From positions 69,106,284-69,170,283 of the forward strand of contig NC_068984.1 in NCBI RefSeq assembly GCF_001194135.2: DNA of 64,000 nt, written 5' to 3'. Origin of the DNA: Octopus bimaculoides. Taxonomy: Eukaryota. Positions 14,402 through 25,085 of this stretch are shown in pieces. Below the pieces are notes generated by a model. That model saw only the letters and a program-made list of their open reading frames with translations. It did not search any database and had not been told where the DNA came from. Made by a program: the position numbers and the translations under genes. The number at the start of each line of letters is the position of its first letter. Positions within the stretch are counted from its first letter, which is position 1.

Positions 14402-14502
14402 ATAATCCTATAGGCACTTGATAATCCTATAGGCACTTGATAATCCTATAGGCACTTGGTGAGTGCTATTTTAATTATTTTCAATAATTAAAATAGCACT
14501 CA
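14402..14502. repeat. 19-bp tandem x3 followed by a perfect 20-bp hairpin
   Basis: ATAATCCTATAGGCACTTG x3 (14402-14458); TGAGTGCTATTTTAATTATT-ttc-AATAATTAAAATAGCACTCA (14460-14502). Confidence 0.95.
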
Positions 14503-15374
14503 TTGCGAAGTGAAAACACCATTGTCTTAATGTTTAATTCAAACTTTTTAAATATAGCTTAAGACAACCCCGGTAGCTACCCTCTATTTACTTACTTATA
14601 AGTTCATTTATTATTTGTACTGGTTCTACGATGCGAAACAAACACTATTTTTACACATCTACGAAGGCACGTGGCTTGATGGTTAAGATGTTTTGTTCAT
14701 GAGAATAAAGTCATGAGCTCGATACCTGGGCCAGGCACCGTTATATTCTTGAGAAATATAATTCGTTTCTCGTTCTTCATGTTATTATGCATTACAGAAA
14801 TGACACTATCCTCTTTGTTTTCGAGGAAAATGCATCAACGACATTGGTTATTTAATATATCCTTCCTTCATTAAAGTAACCGGAAATGGTCCGCGGACAT
14901 TTGATTGCCATTTCTAGCAGATGAAGTGAGCTCGTAGAGGCCACTCCCTCGGCCCTAGACCAGGGGTTCTTAGCCATTTTTTATCTATGGATAACATTTC
15001 TATTTTAATTTGGTGAACCCCTAAAACCACTTGTTTACAAAATAGCTATATAGATACTTCTTCCAAAAGTTCTATATTGCTTTTGACGCCTTGTCTTGTG
15101 CAGGTTGAACTACGCAGAATGTTTGAGAAAGATATTTCTTGCAATAAATAGATCAAAATCAAACTTTTTTCATGGATCCTTAGAATACTACTATGGATCC
15201 TCAGTTTATTATTTTGCTTGTGTGGACCGCCAATAATCTTAGATGTAACCCCGTGGGTCATAAGGGCCTCGGGTGAGAAACACTGTTCAAGACTATATAT
15301 ATATATAATAATATTATTAGGGACAAAATCCAAAATTACAGGTAAAAAACTCAATTAAAATCAATTTTAATAAT

Positions 15375-15511
15375 GTACCAGTGAAATACTGGAGTCTATG
15401 CAATCGACTAATCCCCCTCCCCTCAAACTGCTGGCTTTGTGCCATAATTAGAAAAGGATGTAAAGACTCTACTCATAAACACACACACATAAATACACAC
15501 ACACAGACACA

Positions 15512-15557
<46 letters not shown>

Positions 15558-15611
15558 NNNNNNNNNNNNNNNNNNNNNNNNNNNNNNNNNNNNNNNNNNN
15601 NNNNNNNNNNN

Positions 15612-15675
<64 letters not shown>

Positions 15676-15812
15676 TGTGTCTGTGTGTGTGTATTTATGT
15701 GTGTGTGTTTATGAGTAGAGTCTCTACATCCTTTTCTAATTATGGCACAAAGCCAGCAGTTTGAGGGGAGGGGGATTAGTCGATTGCATAGACTCCAGTA
15801 TTTCACTGGTAC
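15375..15812. repeat. Long inverted duplication flanking an N gap
   Basis: Arms 15375-~15557 and ~15612-15812 are reverse complements with one mismatch seen in the unique part. The ORF track shows the same peptide on both strands. Confidence 0.9.
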
Positions 15813-16598
15813 TTTATTTTATCAACGCTGAAAAACCAAAGGCAAAGTCAACCTGCAGGATTTGAACTCAGAAAGCGATGAGGTAGAATTTTATCCGACA
15901 TGCTAAAAATGTTACCAGCTCACCGCCTTGCGTAGAATCAATATATTTCATGAAATTACATTATGTTCAGAAAGTAAATCATACAATAGTGCCAATGTAC
16001 TCTGAAAATGAAGCTATTTTCACATCATTCATATGAAAAACAAACAAGTGTAATTTTAATAATTGCAATTTATCATTTTCCTTCATAGCAAATTTAATTA
16101 ATTTTTTCTGCTTGTATCCAGTCACTTTATGATAGTACTTTTTTCTGTCTATTTTTAATAATTGTATTTATGTTTTATCTTTCCAAAATTATAATTTTTA
16201 TTTTGTGTCACGTATGCTATTTTTTACGTAGGGTTTCAATTATTTTTTTAAACTGGATAGTTTGATTTAATTTTTTTTAGTGACATATTCAATGTTGCAT
16301 ACACACACAATCACGTACGCACATATGTATACGTATGTGTATGTGTGTGTGTGTGTGTACACACACGCATGTTATGTTATACTAAAAGCGTCTGTTCCAA
16401 AGCGAAATCAATATATTACATTAGTGCGTGTGTATTACAAGCATACGATCGCAACTGTATGCATAAAAGTGTGTGTCTTTGAGTGTTTGTATGTTTGACT
16501 GTTTGTTTGTGTGTGGGGGTGGGTCTGTGGGTGTAGTTATGTATGTGTGTGCATGTATGTAAAGGTGTGTGTGTATATATATATAGAGAGAGAGGGGG

Positions 16599-16657
<59 letters not shown>

Positions 16658-16658
16658 C

Positions 16659-16696
<38 letters not shown>

Positions 16697-16821
16697 GAGT
16701 TAATCACCGCATAACACGTGATTTTGAAAAGTTGAACAACTAAATGGTTCGTGTCATTCAGCTTTCTAAGACTCTTAAAATAGTTAATAACTTTGAAGAA
16801 GATCAAGAAAATGTTCCTTTA

Positions 16822-16883
<62 letters not shown>

Positions 16884-17151
16884 CGTGTATCAGGTCACTT
16901 GTGATGTCTCTCATGAGTGCTGCTTGTAGCATGGTAACATGTTATGTGGTACAACTTGTAACATTGTCGGGTCATCGGCACCTAAACCGAAGCACACAAC
17001 AGGTTAGCCTGGTCGGGAGTGTTGCTAGAAACCAGCAAGGTTAAGACCTGAGTAGGCTCCGCGAATATCTTGTAATGGCACGGGCCCTCACATACATGCA
17101 CACACACACACATACAGACGTTCAGACAAACAGGCAAACAGACAGACAGAC

Positions 17152-17223
<72 letters not shown>

Positions 17224-17430
17224 GTTTTCATTTGTCATTTCTCATGCATAGTTATAAACACATTAACTGCAGGGTCACTTAATGCATTTAGCTAAAGTAA
17301 ATATTTGTTTTATTTTTTGTAGGAAAAGGTTGATAGTTTTTTCGATCTCTCGATTTTGTTACATTCGTCAGATAAGCCGAAATTCGAAGTCAGTGATAAC
17401 CTCTACTTTGAAAAAGCAAAGCAAGATACA

Positions 17431-17462
<32 letters not shown>

Positions 17463-17491
17463 AGAGCCTTAAACATGAACTTCATGTTTAA

Positions 17492-17572
17492 GGTTCTGAT
17501 GAAACTGTAAGGTATTGCACAAGTACTCAGTCATAATTCCACCGCATCTTACTGTGGAAACAATTGTAAGCT
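17492..17572 (+). ncRNA. Type I hammerhead ribozyme motif (probably decayed)
   Basis: GGTT-CTGATGA(17496-17502)-long stem II (GTAAGGT/ATCTTAC)-GAAA(17557-17560)-CAATTGT-A-AGCT; palindromic stem III ACAATTGT; GUA site. Confidence 0.6.
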
Positions 17573-17966
17573 AATGAAATTGATAAAATAATCACATTGT
17601 TTTGTCATCGCGTTTCTTATTACAGTTCTGTACCCAACTAAAACTTCGTTCACAAGCATACGAATATTTGAGTTCTACGTTTGGTTATTAGTATTGCAGT
17701 ACCTAAGCGAAATTTTGATTCCAAATTTTGACACAAGGCTAGCAATTTCAAGGGAGGGAGGAAGTCGATAACATCGACTGCAGTGTTGAAGTGGTACTTA
17801 TTTTATCGAACCCGAAAGGATGAAATGTAAATTCAACCTCGGCGGAATTTGAACAGGCTTAAACGAAATTTCTGAGGTCTCGTGCTATTACAAGATATTC
17901 GCTGAGTGTGTGTGTGTGTGTGTATGTGNNNNNNNNNNNNNNNNNNNNNNNNNNNNNNNNNNNNNN

Positions 17967-18010
<44 letters not shown>

Positions 18011-18854
18011 CAGAGACAGACAGACAGAGAAAATGTGAATGTGGTGTAATCTGGTTTTGGGGAGAGCTATTTGGTTGAAATATTTACTACAAGAATAACC
18101 GGCTGGTAACAATAAGCAAACAACGCTGTCTTCCGACTTCACGCACGCACGCACGCACGCGCACGCACACGCACACGCACACACACACTCATACACATAC
18201 AGCAGTAGCAACAAGAGCAACAGAAGCACGACTACCACCTCTACTACCATCACCACGAAACACAAGATTTGATATATTCCTTTGAATCTCATTACTCCAT
18301 CTATTTTCATATTAGTTGTAGATCATCATCCGTGAACAGATACTTTCATTAGACGAATTAAGATGCGACACGCGTGGCTAGTTACCATATTAATCGATCC
18401 TAGATTTTCTAACTTACTCAGTTTTGCATATCCCCTAACAGAAAAATATGCTACCTTGCTAAGATAGGCTTTTTCAGTTGAATGTAAAAGATCTTGTTTC
18501 GTTCATTTGCTCGCACTGGCCACCTTATGTTGAAATGGATGCGGAAGATAAATGAAATAACAATGAAATTATAAAAGCAACTGAAGTAACGAAAAATATA
18601 TTTTCCGGCGTATAAGACGCATGTTTTTTGGGGGTTTTTTTCGCTCTACTATGTATTAATGTGAAACTTTACAAATCAAGTGCCGTGTAAACTGAGCGTT
18701 AAATGCATATTAAAATAATAAACGTCCCATTTGCTCTTTGCATTGTATCTGAAGGCTGGAAACTGGAAACTTTGAGTTACAAAATATGAACTATCGGTTA
18801 TAACCAATATACGTGCAGTATCGAGAAGTATTTTACTTTTGATTATGTTTGCAT

Positions 18855-18906
<52 letters not shown>

Positions 18907-19534
18907 CGCTAAAAGGATAGTAAATTTAAATGTCGTACTTTGTTCAAATCTCATCAACGTTGACTTCGAGATTTGCCAATCTAGAATCAATGACAATAAA
19001 TATTTAAGATGTAATTGGTTCAGGTTAACCCATTATACCATATAACCTTAAACATTTAAGGTATTTTGCCTCAGGAAGAAAATGTGATACATAAACAAAG
19101 CAAATTTATATATGTTTGGCAAATTCATAAACTTAATGGATTTGTTATTTTGATATATAGATTTTTTCCTATTGCCATGGCTACCCCTTACTGCTTCTAA
19201 AAGGTTCGATAACACATTTTAACTTCAACGATGTCTTTCCTAGTATTGCTTTACAAAGCAATGAACCTTTATATTCCAACGTATATTTTTAATCACATGC
19301 TGTGTTTATTTTGCATGAGTCTTTTTCAGTTTCTGCTTCTTCCAGTACAATCTTCTTAGTGTTCATTTCCTGAACGTGAATATTTGCAAATATCTTGACG
19401 CTAAACACACAAAAAAAAATACGAATTCTTTTACCATAAAAGAAGGAAAAGTTACCGTTCCTTTACTGTCTGTCTCATTCATATGCATATACATATGCAT
19501 ATATATAATACATGCATAAAAATATAAATATATT

Positions 19535-19730
19535 CTTTTATTCTTTTACTTGTTTCAGTCAGTTGACTGCAGCCATGCTGGAGCAGCGCCTTTAGTCGAA
19601 CAAATCGACCACAGGATTTATTCTTTGTAAGCCTACAGTTATTCTATCGGTCAATTTTGCCGAACCGCTAAGTTACGGGTAAGTGAAGACACCATCATTG
19701 GGTGTCAAGCGTTGGTGGGGGTACAAACAC
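19535..19730 (-). mobile_element. CORE-like SINE (family B), 3' half
   Basis: Reverse complement matches the 3' half of 59669-60080 (TAACTTAGCGGTTCGGCAAAA...CTAAAGGCG.TGCTCCAGCATGGC...GACTGAAACAAGTAAAAG). Confidence 0.85.
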
Positions 19731-19964
19731 NNNNNNNNNNNNNNNNNNNNNNNNNNNNNNNNNNNNNNNNNNNNNNNNNNNNNNNNNNNNNNNNNNNNNN
19801 NNNNNNNNNNNNNNNNNNNNNNNNNNNNNNNNNNNNNNNNNNNNNNNNNNNNNNNNNNNNNNNNNNNNNNNNNNNNNNNNNNNNNNNNNNNNNNNNNNNN
19901 NNNNNNNNNNNNNNNNNNNNNNNNNNNNNNNNNNNNNNNNNNNNNNNNNNNNNNNNNNNNNNNT

Positions 19965-21115
19965 ATATATATCCAATCTGTACCGTGCTATTTTTAATCA
20001 GCACACCGTGAAGGTGTGCCGCTAACTCTGCCAAGCGTAAACAACATCAAAATGCGACAAAGTTCCAATAATCCACCTACTGGATCTAGCAAGCATTTAT
20101 ATCTAAATGCCAAACCAGGAGATGTAAACCGCATTGATAATAATCAACTTTGACCAATTTGTAGTAGTAGAAATACTCATGGTACAGCTAGCACGATAAC
20201 AACGCCGGTAAATGGAGTCAGGACTGCTTTATATACAAATAAAAACGATAAATGCTCATGCAGGGATAAATTAAAATGTCCTTTGAAGAATCTCTGTATG
20301 AATACAAATGTTGTATATGAATGTACCGTGCACACAAGGGGAGGGCACTATGTTTACATTGGGCAGACGGCTGATTCATTTAACAATCGTTATTGTAATC
20401 ATGTTGCCAGCTTTAGGTCAATCAATAAGAGACATTCGACATCTTTGGCAGATTTTATATGGCGACTGAAGGAGGCTAGTACGAAATACTACACTACTTG
20501 GTCCATAGTTAGACTTGCAAAACCATACAGTGCAATTTCCAGGAGATGCTGTCTCTGCTCCGATGAATCCCTGTCTATTCTGTGGACTAACGAAAAGATA
20601 CTTAATAGAATTTCTGAATGACTATCGAGATTCTTGCACGCATATAAATGTACTATCGCACAACGTAGTGAGAATGAATTTTGAGTAGCCGTTAACATAG
20701 TGTTATTTTATTTTATTTTACTTTAAGGTATAGATGACTTAAATTTACTTCCTCCCCGTACTTCTTAACACCTACTAAATATCTGTGAACGGTTATTTTC
20801 AATACTTTTTTCGCTGGATTAAATGATCGCTTCTCTTTTTGTCTTCTGTAATTTCATTTTGGGATCTTCTATATATATGAAAAATTTTCCTCCGTCTGGT
20901 TGTTTTTCTCTCTACAAAACGGTAAATTGCATTATGGAACAGTCATTTTAACGAGTTTTTTCTTTATTTATTTATCACCCGACGAGATACGTCTGCATCA
21001 CCGCATACTCCTGAACCAGTTTTTGTGTGTCCCACAAGAGGAGTCGATGCTAGATGTGTCGAAACAATTGTTGTGATTAATAATATATTCTCGTATATTC
21101 CATCCTCTGTCTTTC
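19965..21115 (+). mobile_element. Penelope-like element, 3' part (GIY-YIG endonuclease with Cys-rich motif, 3' tail with HHR)
   Basis: IFNQHTVKV, CSCRDKLKCPLKNLC, VVYECTV...YVYIGQT..SFNNRYCNH..SF...CCLC..E...LN.ISE (ORF 20283-20621). The Cys-rich pattern resembles Neptune-type PLEs. Confidence 0.85.
20968..21083 (+). ncRNA. Type I hammerhead ribozyme with U4C core and extended stem II
   Basis: Stem I ATCAC/GTGAT (extendable); core CCGACGA 20979-20985; stem II G-ATACGTCT/AGATGTGT-C; GAAA 21061-21064; stem III palindrome ACAATTGT; GUU site ending at 21072. Confidence 0.75.
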
Positions 21116-21522
21116 GTTTGTTATATATATACATATACATACACACACACACACACACANNNNNNNNNNNNNNNNNNNNNNNNNNNNNNNNNNNNNNNNN
21201 NNNNNNNNNNNNNNNNNNNNNNNNNNNNNNNNNNNNNNNNNNNNNNNNNNNNNNNNNNNNNNNNNNNNNNNNNNNNNNNNNNNNNNNNNNNNNNNNNNNN
21301 NNNNNNNNNNNNNNNNNNNNNNNNNNNNNNNNNNNNNNNNNNNNNNNNNNNNNNNNNNNNNNNNNNNNNNNNNNNNNNNNNNNNNNNNNNNNNNNNNNNN
21401 NNNNNNNNNNNNNNNNNNNNNNNNNNNNNNNNNNNNNNNNNNNNNNNNNNNNNNNNNNNNNNNNNNNNNNNNNNNNNNNNNNNNNNNNNNNNNNNNNNNN
21501 NNNNNNNNNNNNNNNNNNNNNN

Positions 21523-21614
<92 letters not shown>

Positions 21615-21728
21615 GTCATACATGCATACATACGACGGTTGTACAGAAAATACCGTTAATGTGGATTAAAAATTTTGTCTAATGACATAAGGTAGTGTAA
21701 ATGTTCAATACAAATATATTTATCAACA

Positions 21729-22379
21729 TACGCGGGCGTAGCCAAAAGTAACAGGAATCGTTCTCTGTGGGACAACCCCATTTTTAATTCAGGCTTCTGC
21801 CACTACAAGCCATTTGATGCGCTTTGGAAATGATCACTTGTCGTTTGAAGATCAACCTCGTTCATGATGACCCTTGAGCTCCCGAATGAAACCATCATGA
21901 AAATTCATGAACTGATCTTGGAGGACCGTCACCGAACCAGTGACGAACTTGTTGATCTGTCTAGTGTGTTCTGGAGCTCCTACGAACGAATTTTGAGCGA
22001 GGAATTGCGAATGAAAAGAGTTGAGGCAAAACTTGTGCCTCGCTTGCTCACGGAAGATCAAAAGCGGTCACGACTGAATGCGTATCGTGAAAAAACAGTC
22101 GGATGCTGATCCGGACCTTTTTCAAAGGTCATCACTGGTGATGAAACTGGTGCTGTGAAAATTGCAGATGTGGAAGAGGTGAAGAAAAAAAACGACGAAG
22201 TCGTTAAACGGTATCACTTTACAAGAGTCAAGCACCGCTTCGAATATTGGAAAATGCGCCTGAACCGATGCATCGCTTCAAATGGAGAATACTTAGTAGG
22301 CGTTAAAAGTGTAAACGTATAAAATAAGTAAATAAGATAATATTGCAAAATTCCGGTTTCTTTTGAGTACCTCATCGTA
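21729..22379 (+). mobile_element. Internally deleted mariner (Tc1/mariner) transposon
   Basis: Imperfect ~30-bp TIRs with terminal TA. Peptides IHELILEDRHRT..EL...KRVEAKLVPRLLTEDQK, KVITGDET, then a jump to the C-terminal W..RLNRCIASNGEY. Confidence 0.85.
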
Positions 22380-22429
22380 GTTTCCATCACAAGCGATACA
22401 TTTGTGCACCTCGTTGAGCCCAACTTTGA

Positions 22430-23585
22430 ATCTATTCTGAAAAACTTAAGATGTACACTATCATATCTTCTTCTTCACAACCTCTTTCACCACGCCTGTG
22501 TCATCAAATCCTTTTCCCCACAAAATAGTCTTTTCTTAGACCAAATAGTGGATGTTGGTGAGCGCCAGATGCAAGATGTACGGAGGGTGGTGGATCACTG
22601 ACTAGCCTAAGTTGCTGTTGCCCTTATTTACAATCAAATGTGTGTGTGGTAGCTCATTTCAAGAAAACGTGCATCATTTTCAGATTCTTGTTTGGTCTTT
22701 TCCTTTTCATGGCTTCTCTAAGCTTTTGGGTATTTCCATACACAGATCGTTGTTCATGGTACAGCAGCGCTCCAAAGAAACAAAGTGTATGGCACCCTTG
22801 TTACCTCTCAAAACTGTCACCTTGAACTTTTATGCCAATCATTGACTTTTGAATATTAATAACCTTTAGGGACACCGTATTTCATTATACAGCTATAATA
22901 TACTACAACGCGTATTAAACGCTTTTATAAGTCAATTCTGTGTGTTCTACAGCGTTAGCAGTGCTATCATATCAGTGTTGGCTATAATTTCTCTAGAAAA
23001 TTTACAGATATAACCTTGACAAGTGACCTTTGAATATTTTATGGCTTGGAGAAAGAGCGCGATGCCATTCCAGGGATTGATCTGTGTTTTCCGGGTCATA
23101 AAGACACGTCCACATTACATTGTCTGTCATGAAATCGGAATAAACGCGTCTTCAAACACTTCAAGCAGATCAGAGCAAACTTCAACTCTTATGTTCATCA
23201 AATTGGCTGTCAGCTGCCATTTTGCAGTCACTTTCCGATACTCAAAGTTTTCCTCCATCATCTATAATGCATCTTGATCATAGTCCGTGAAGCAGTTCAT
23301 GCACTCGGTGGTCATTCATGTCAGAGTTGGTTGTTCATAGTTTCGTACTGCATGGTTTCTTCTTCTTTAAAGCTCTTCTTTCGTTTGGGCATCTTGCCAA
23401 TGATGTCTTCGCCATCAACAACCTATAACTTTCTCTGAATGTCGGACAGCCTTCGAGCCACCGTCGTCAAGAACCCAATGACAGCATGTTGCTTTATTGA
23501 AAACCTTCTGTGAATGTTGGACAGCCTTTGAGCCCCCTTCGTCAAGACCTCAATGACAGCACGTTGTTTTATTGAAAACCATTAT
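22430..23585 (-). mobile_element. Decayed mariner transposase relic
   Basis: Minus-strand motifs KQRAVIEVL...IHRR (HTH), YRKVTAKW, WTCLYDPE..QS.EW, HHPPY..HLA (HPPYSPDLAP-like). Confidence 0.75.
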
Positions 23586-23660
23586 TTGCCTGCAGCGAAG
23601 AACAGTAAGGCGAATTACTATATAAGAAATTATAGAGTGCATATTTTTCAGTATAACGTT

Positions 23661-23692
<32 letters not shown>

Positions 23693-23934
23693 TGTATGTA
23701 TGTATGTGTGTATGTATGCATGTATGTATGTATGCATGCATGCATGAGTGTATGCATGCATGTATGTATGTGTGTATGTATATATGTATGTTTGTACATG
23801 GTGTTCGTGTGTGTATAAACCTACGTACTAGACATACAAACATAATTCAAATATTTCTCTGTAGACTGAGAAATGCATTCATGGAGGTATGTATGTATCA
23901 GCTGGGATGGAGACGTGAACTTGGAGGGCGTGCA

Positions 23935-24158
23935 AGCAATGGCTTCAGCATTGATAGAGGAAGGCCTGTTCAGAACGTTGTTGAAGTGCTCAACACATCT
24001 TTCCAGGGATGCGTCTGTCAACGCTGTGTTTTTATGAACACTGGGCAGTGGTGATATTCCAGAGGACTTTGGCCCATAAATGGCATTCAAAGCACTGTAG
24101 AAGTGCTTGGGGTTGTTGCTGTCCGCATATTTCAGTATCTCATCTGCCCTGTACGCGC
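23935..24158 (-). mobile_element. RTE/BovB-like LINE ORF2 linker fragment
   Basis: ADEILKYADSNNPKHFYSALNAIYGPKSSG.SPL...EHFNNVLNRPSSINAEAI. Confidence 0.8.
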
Positions 24159-24164
24159 ACATAC

Positions 24165-24217
<53 letters not shown>

Positions 24218-24760
24218 TGAGTATTGATGTGTGTAAAGAGAGATAGAGAGGAAGTGATTGATTTATTTATGCATGTATTCATTTATCAAGGCTGGATAGA
24301 TTCTTGATTACAATGACGAGAAATTCATCTCAAGAACTTCTACTCAGTAATTTTAATTCAATATGCATGCATACATGCGTGTGTTTTGAAGTGAATGTGT
24401 GAATTTGACGGTTGTAAAATTATACTGAGAGATGAAATTCAAGTCGAGAGTAGCAGTCGCTTTAACAGCTAGTTATACTCTAGGTTATGTAATATTGTTT
24501 CTCTCTGCTAAACAAGACAAACACAGATATATGTAAGCACATACACAGAAGCAAAGTAACTAGTTAGAAAATCTCAATAAGAGATGAAAGTAGTAACTAT
24601 ACTGAGAGATAATGTTAATCGCCACATCAGTATAGATATTCGACATTACTATCGTTTAATCCTTGGTAGAGCCTCTACCAGCAAGTTATTGGTGCAATCT
24701 GCACCCAGAATATATTTGTATGTAACTTTTAGCAAGGTAAATTTAGCTATTGAATATGAA

Positions 24761-24808
24761 CAACCTTAATCGATTTTCGAACCATATAGGGTTCACATCA
24801 GCGGATTG
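24761..24808 (-). ncRNA. Type I hammerhead motif, copy A (A9U core variant)
   Basis: CAATCCG-CTGATGT-GAACC-ctatat-GGTTC-GAA-AATCGATT-A-AGGTTG; stem I imperfect. Confidence 0.55.
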
Positions 24809-25040
24809 TACATCAGTCTGACCAATCCCTGAGAAACTAGCAGCCATTTTGTTTATATACTCAACCAATTCAATAGCTACTGAAAACTGGTGCTATTAAT
24901 TTGTATATCAATATCAGGGCCTGTCAACAGGGATCTCAATTCACACAATATCAAAGTATGACATAATATATGTATCCTATATAGTAGATATATAAGCATG
25001 GAAAATTTTGCTATTTCTTTGTAGATTGAAGAAATGATGA

Positions 25041-25085
25041 ACAGCTTAATCGATTTTCAAACCTTTGTTGGTTCTCATCAGAATT
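25041..25085 (-). ncRNA. Type I hammerhead motif, copy B (canonical CUGAUGA core)
   Basis: AATT-CTGATGA-GAACC-aacaaa-GGTTT-GAA-AATCGATT-A-AGCTGT; stem I weak. Confidence 0.6.

Noticed and set aside
24744-24879. 12-bp inverted repeat TAGCTATTGAAT/ATTCAATAGCTA suggesting a mini-MITE
   Set aside because: Short and AT-rich, does not extend, and is plausible by chance.
24755-24885. Minus-strand open frame VAIELVEYINKMAASFSGIGQTDVQSADVNPIWFENRLR with an acceptor-like start and a homeobox-like WFENR
   Set aside because: Weak donor, no family match, and the 3' half is better explained as hammerhead copy A.
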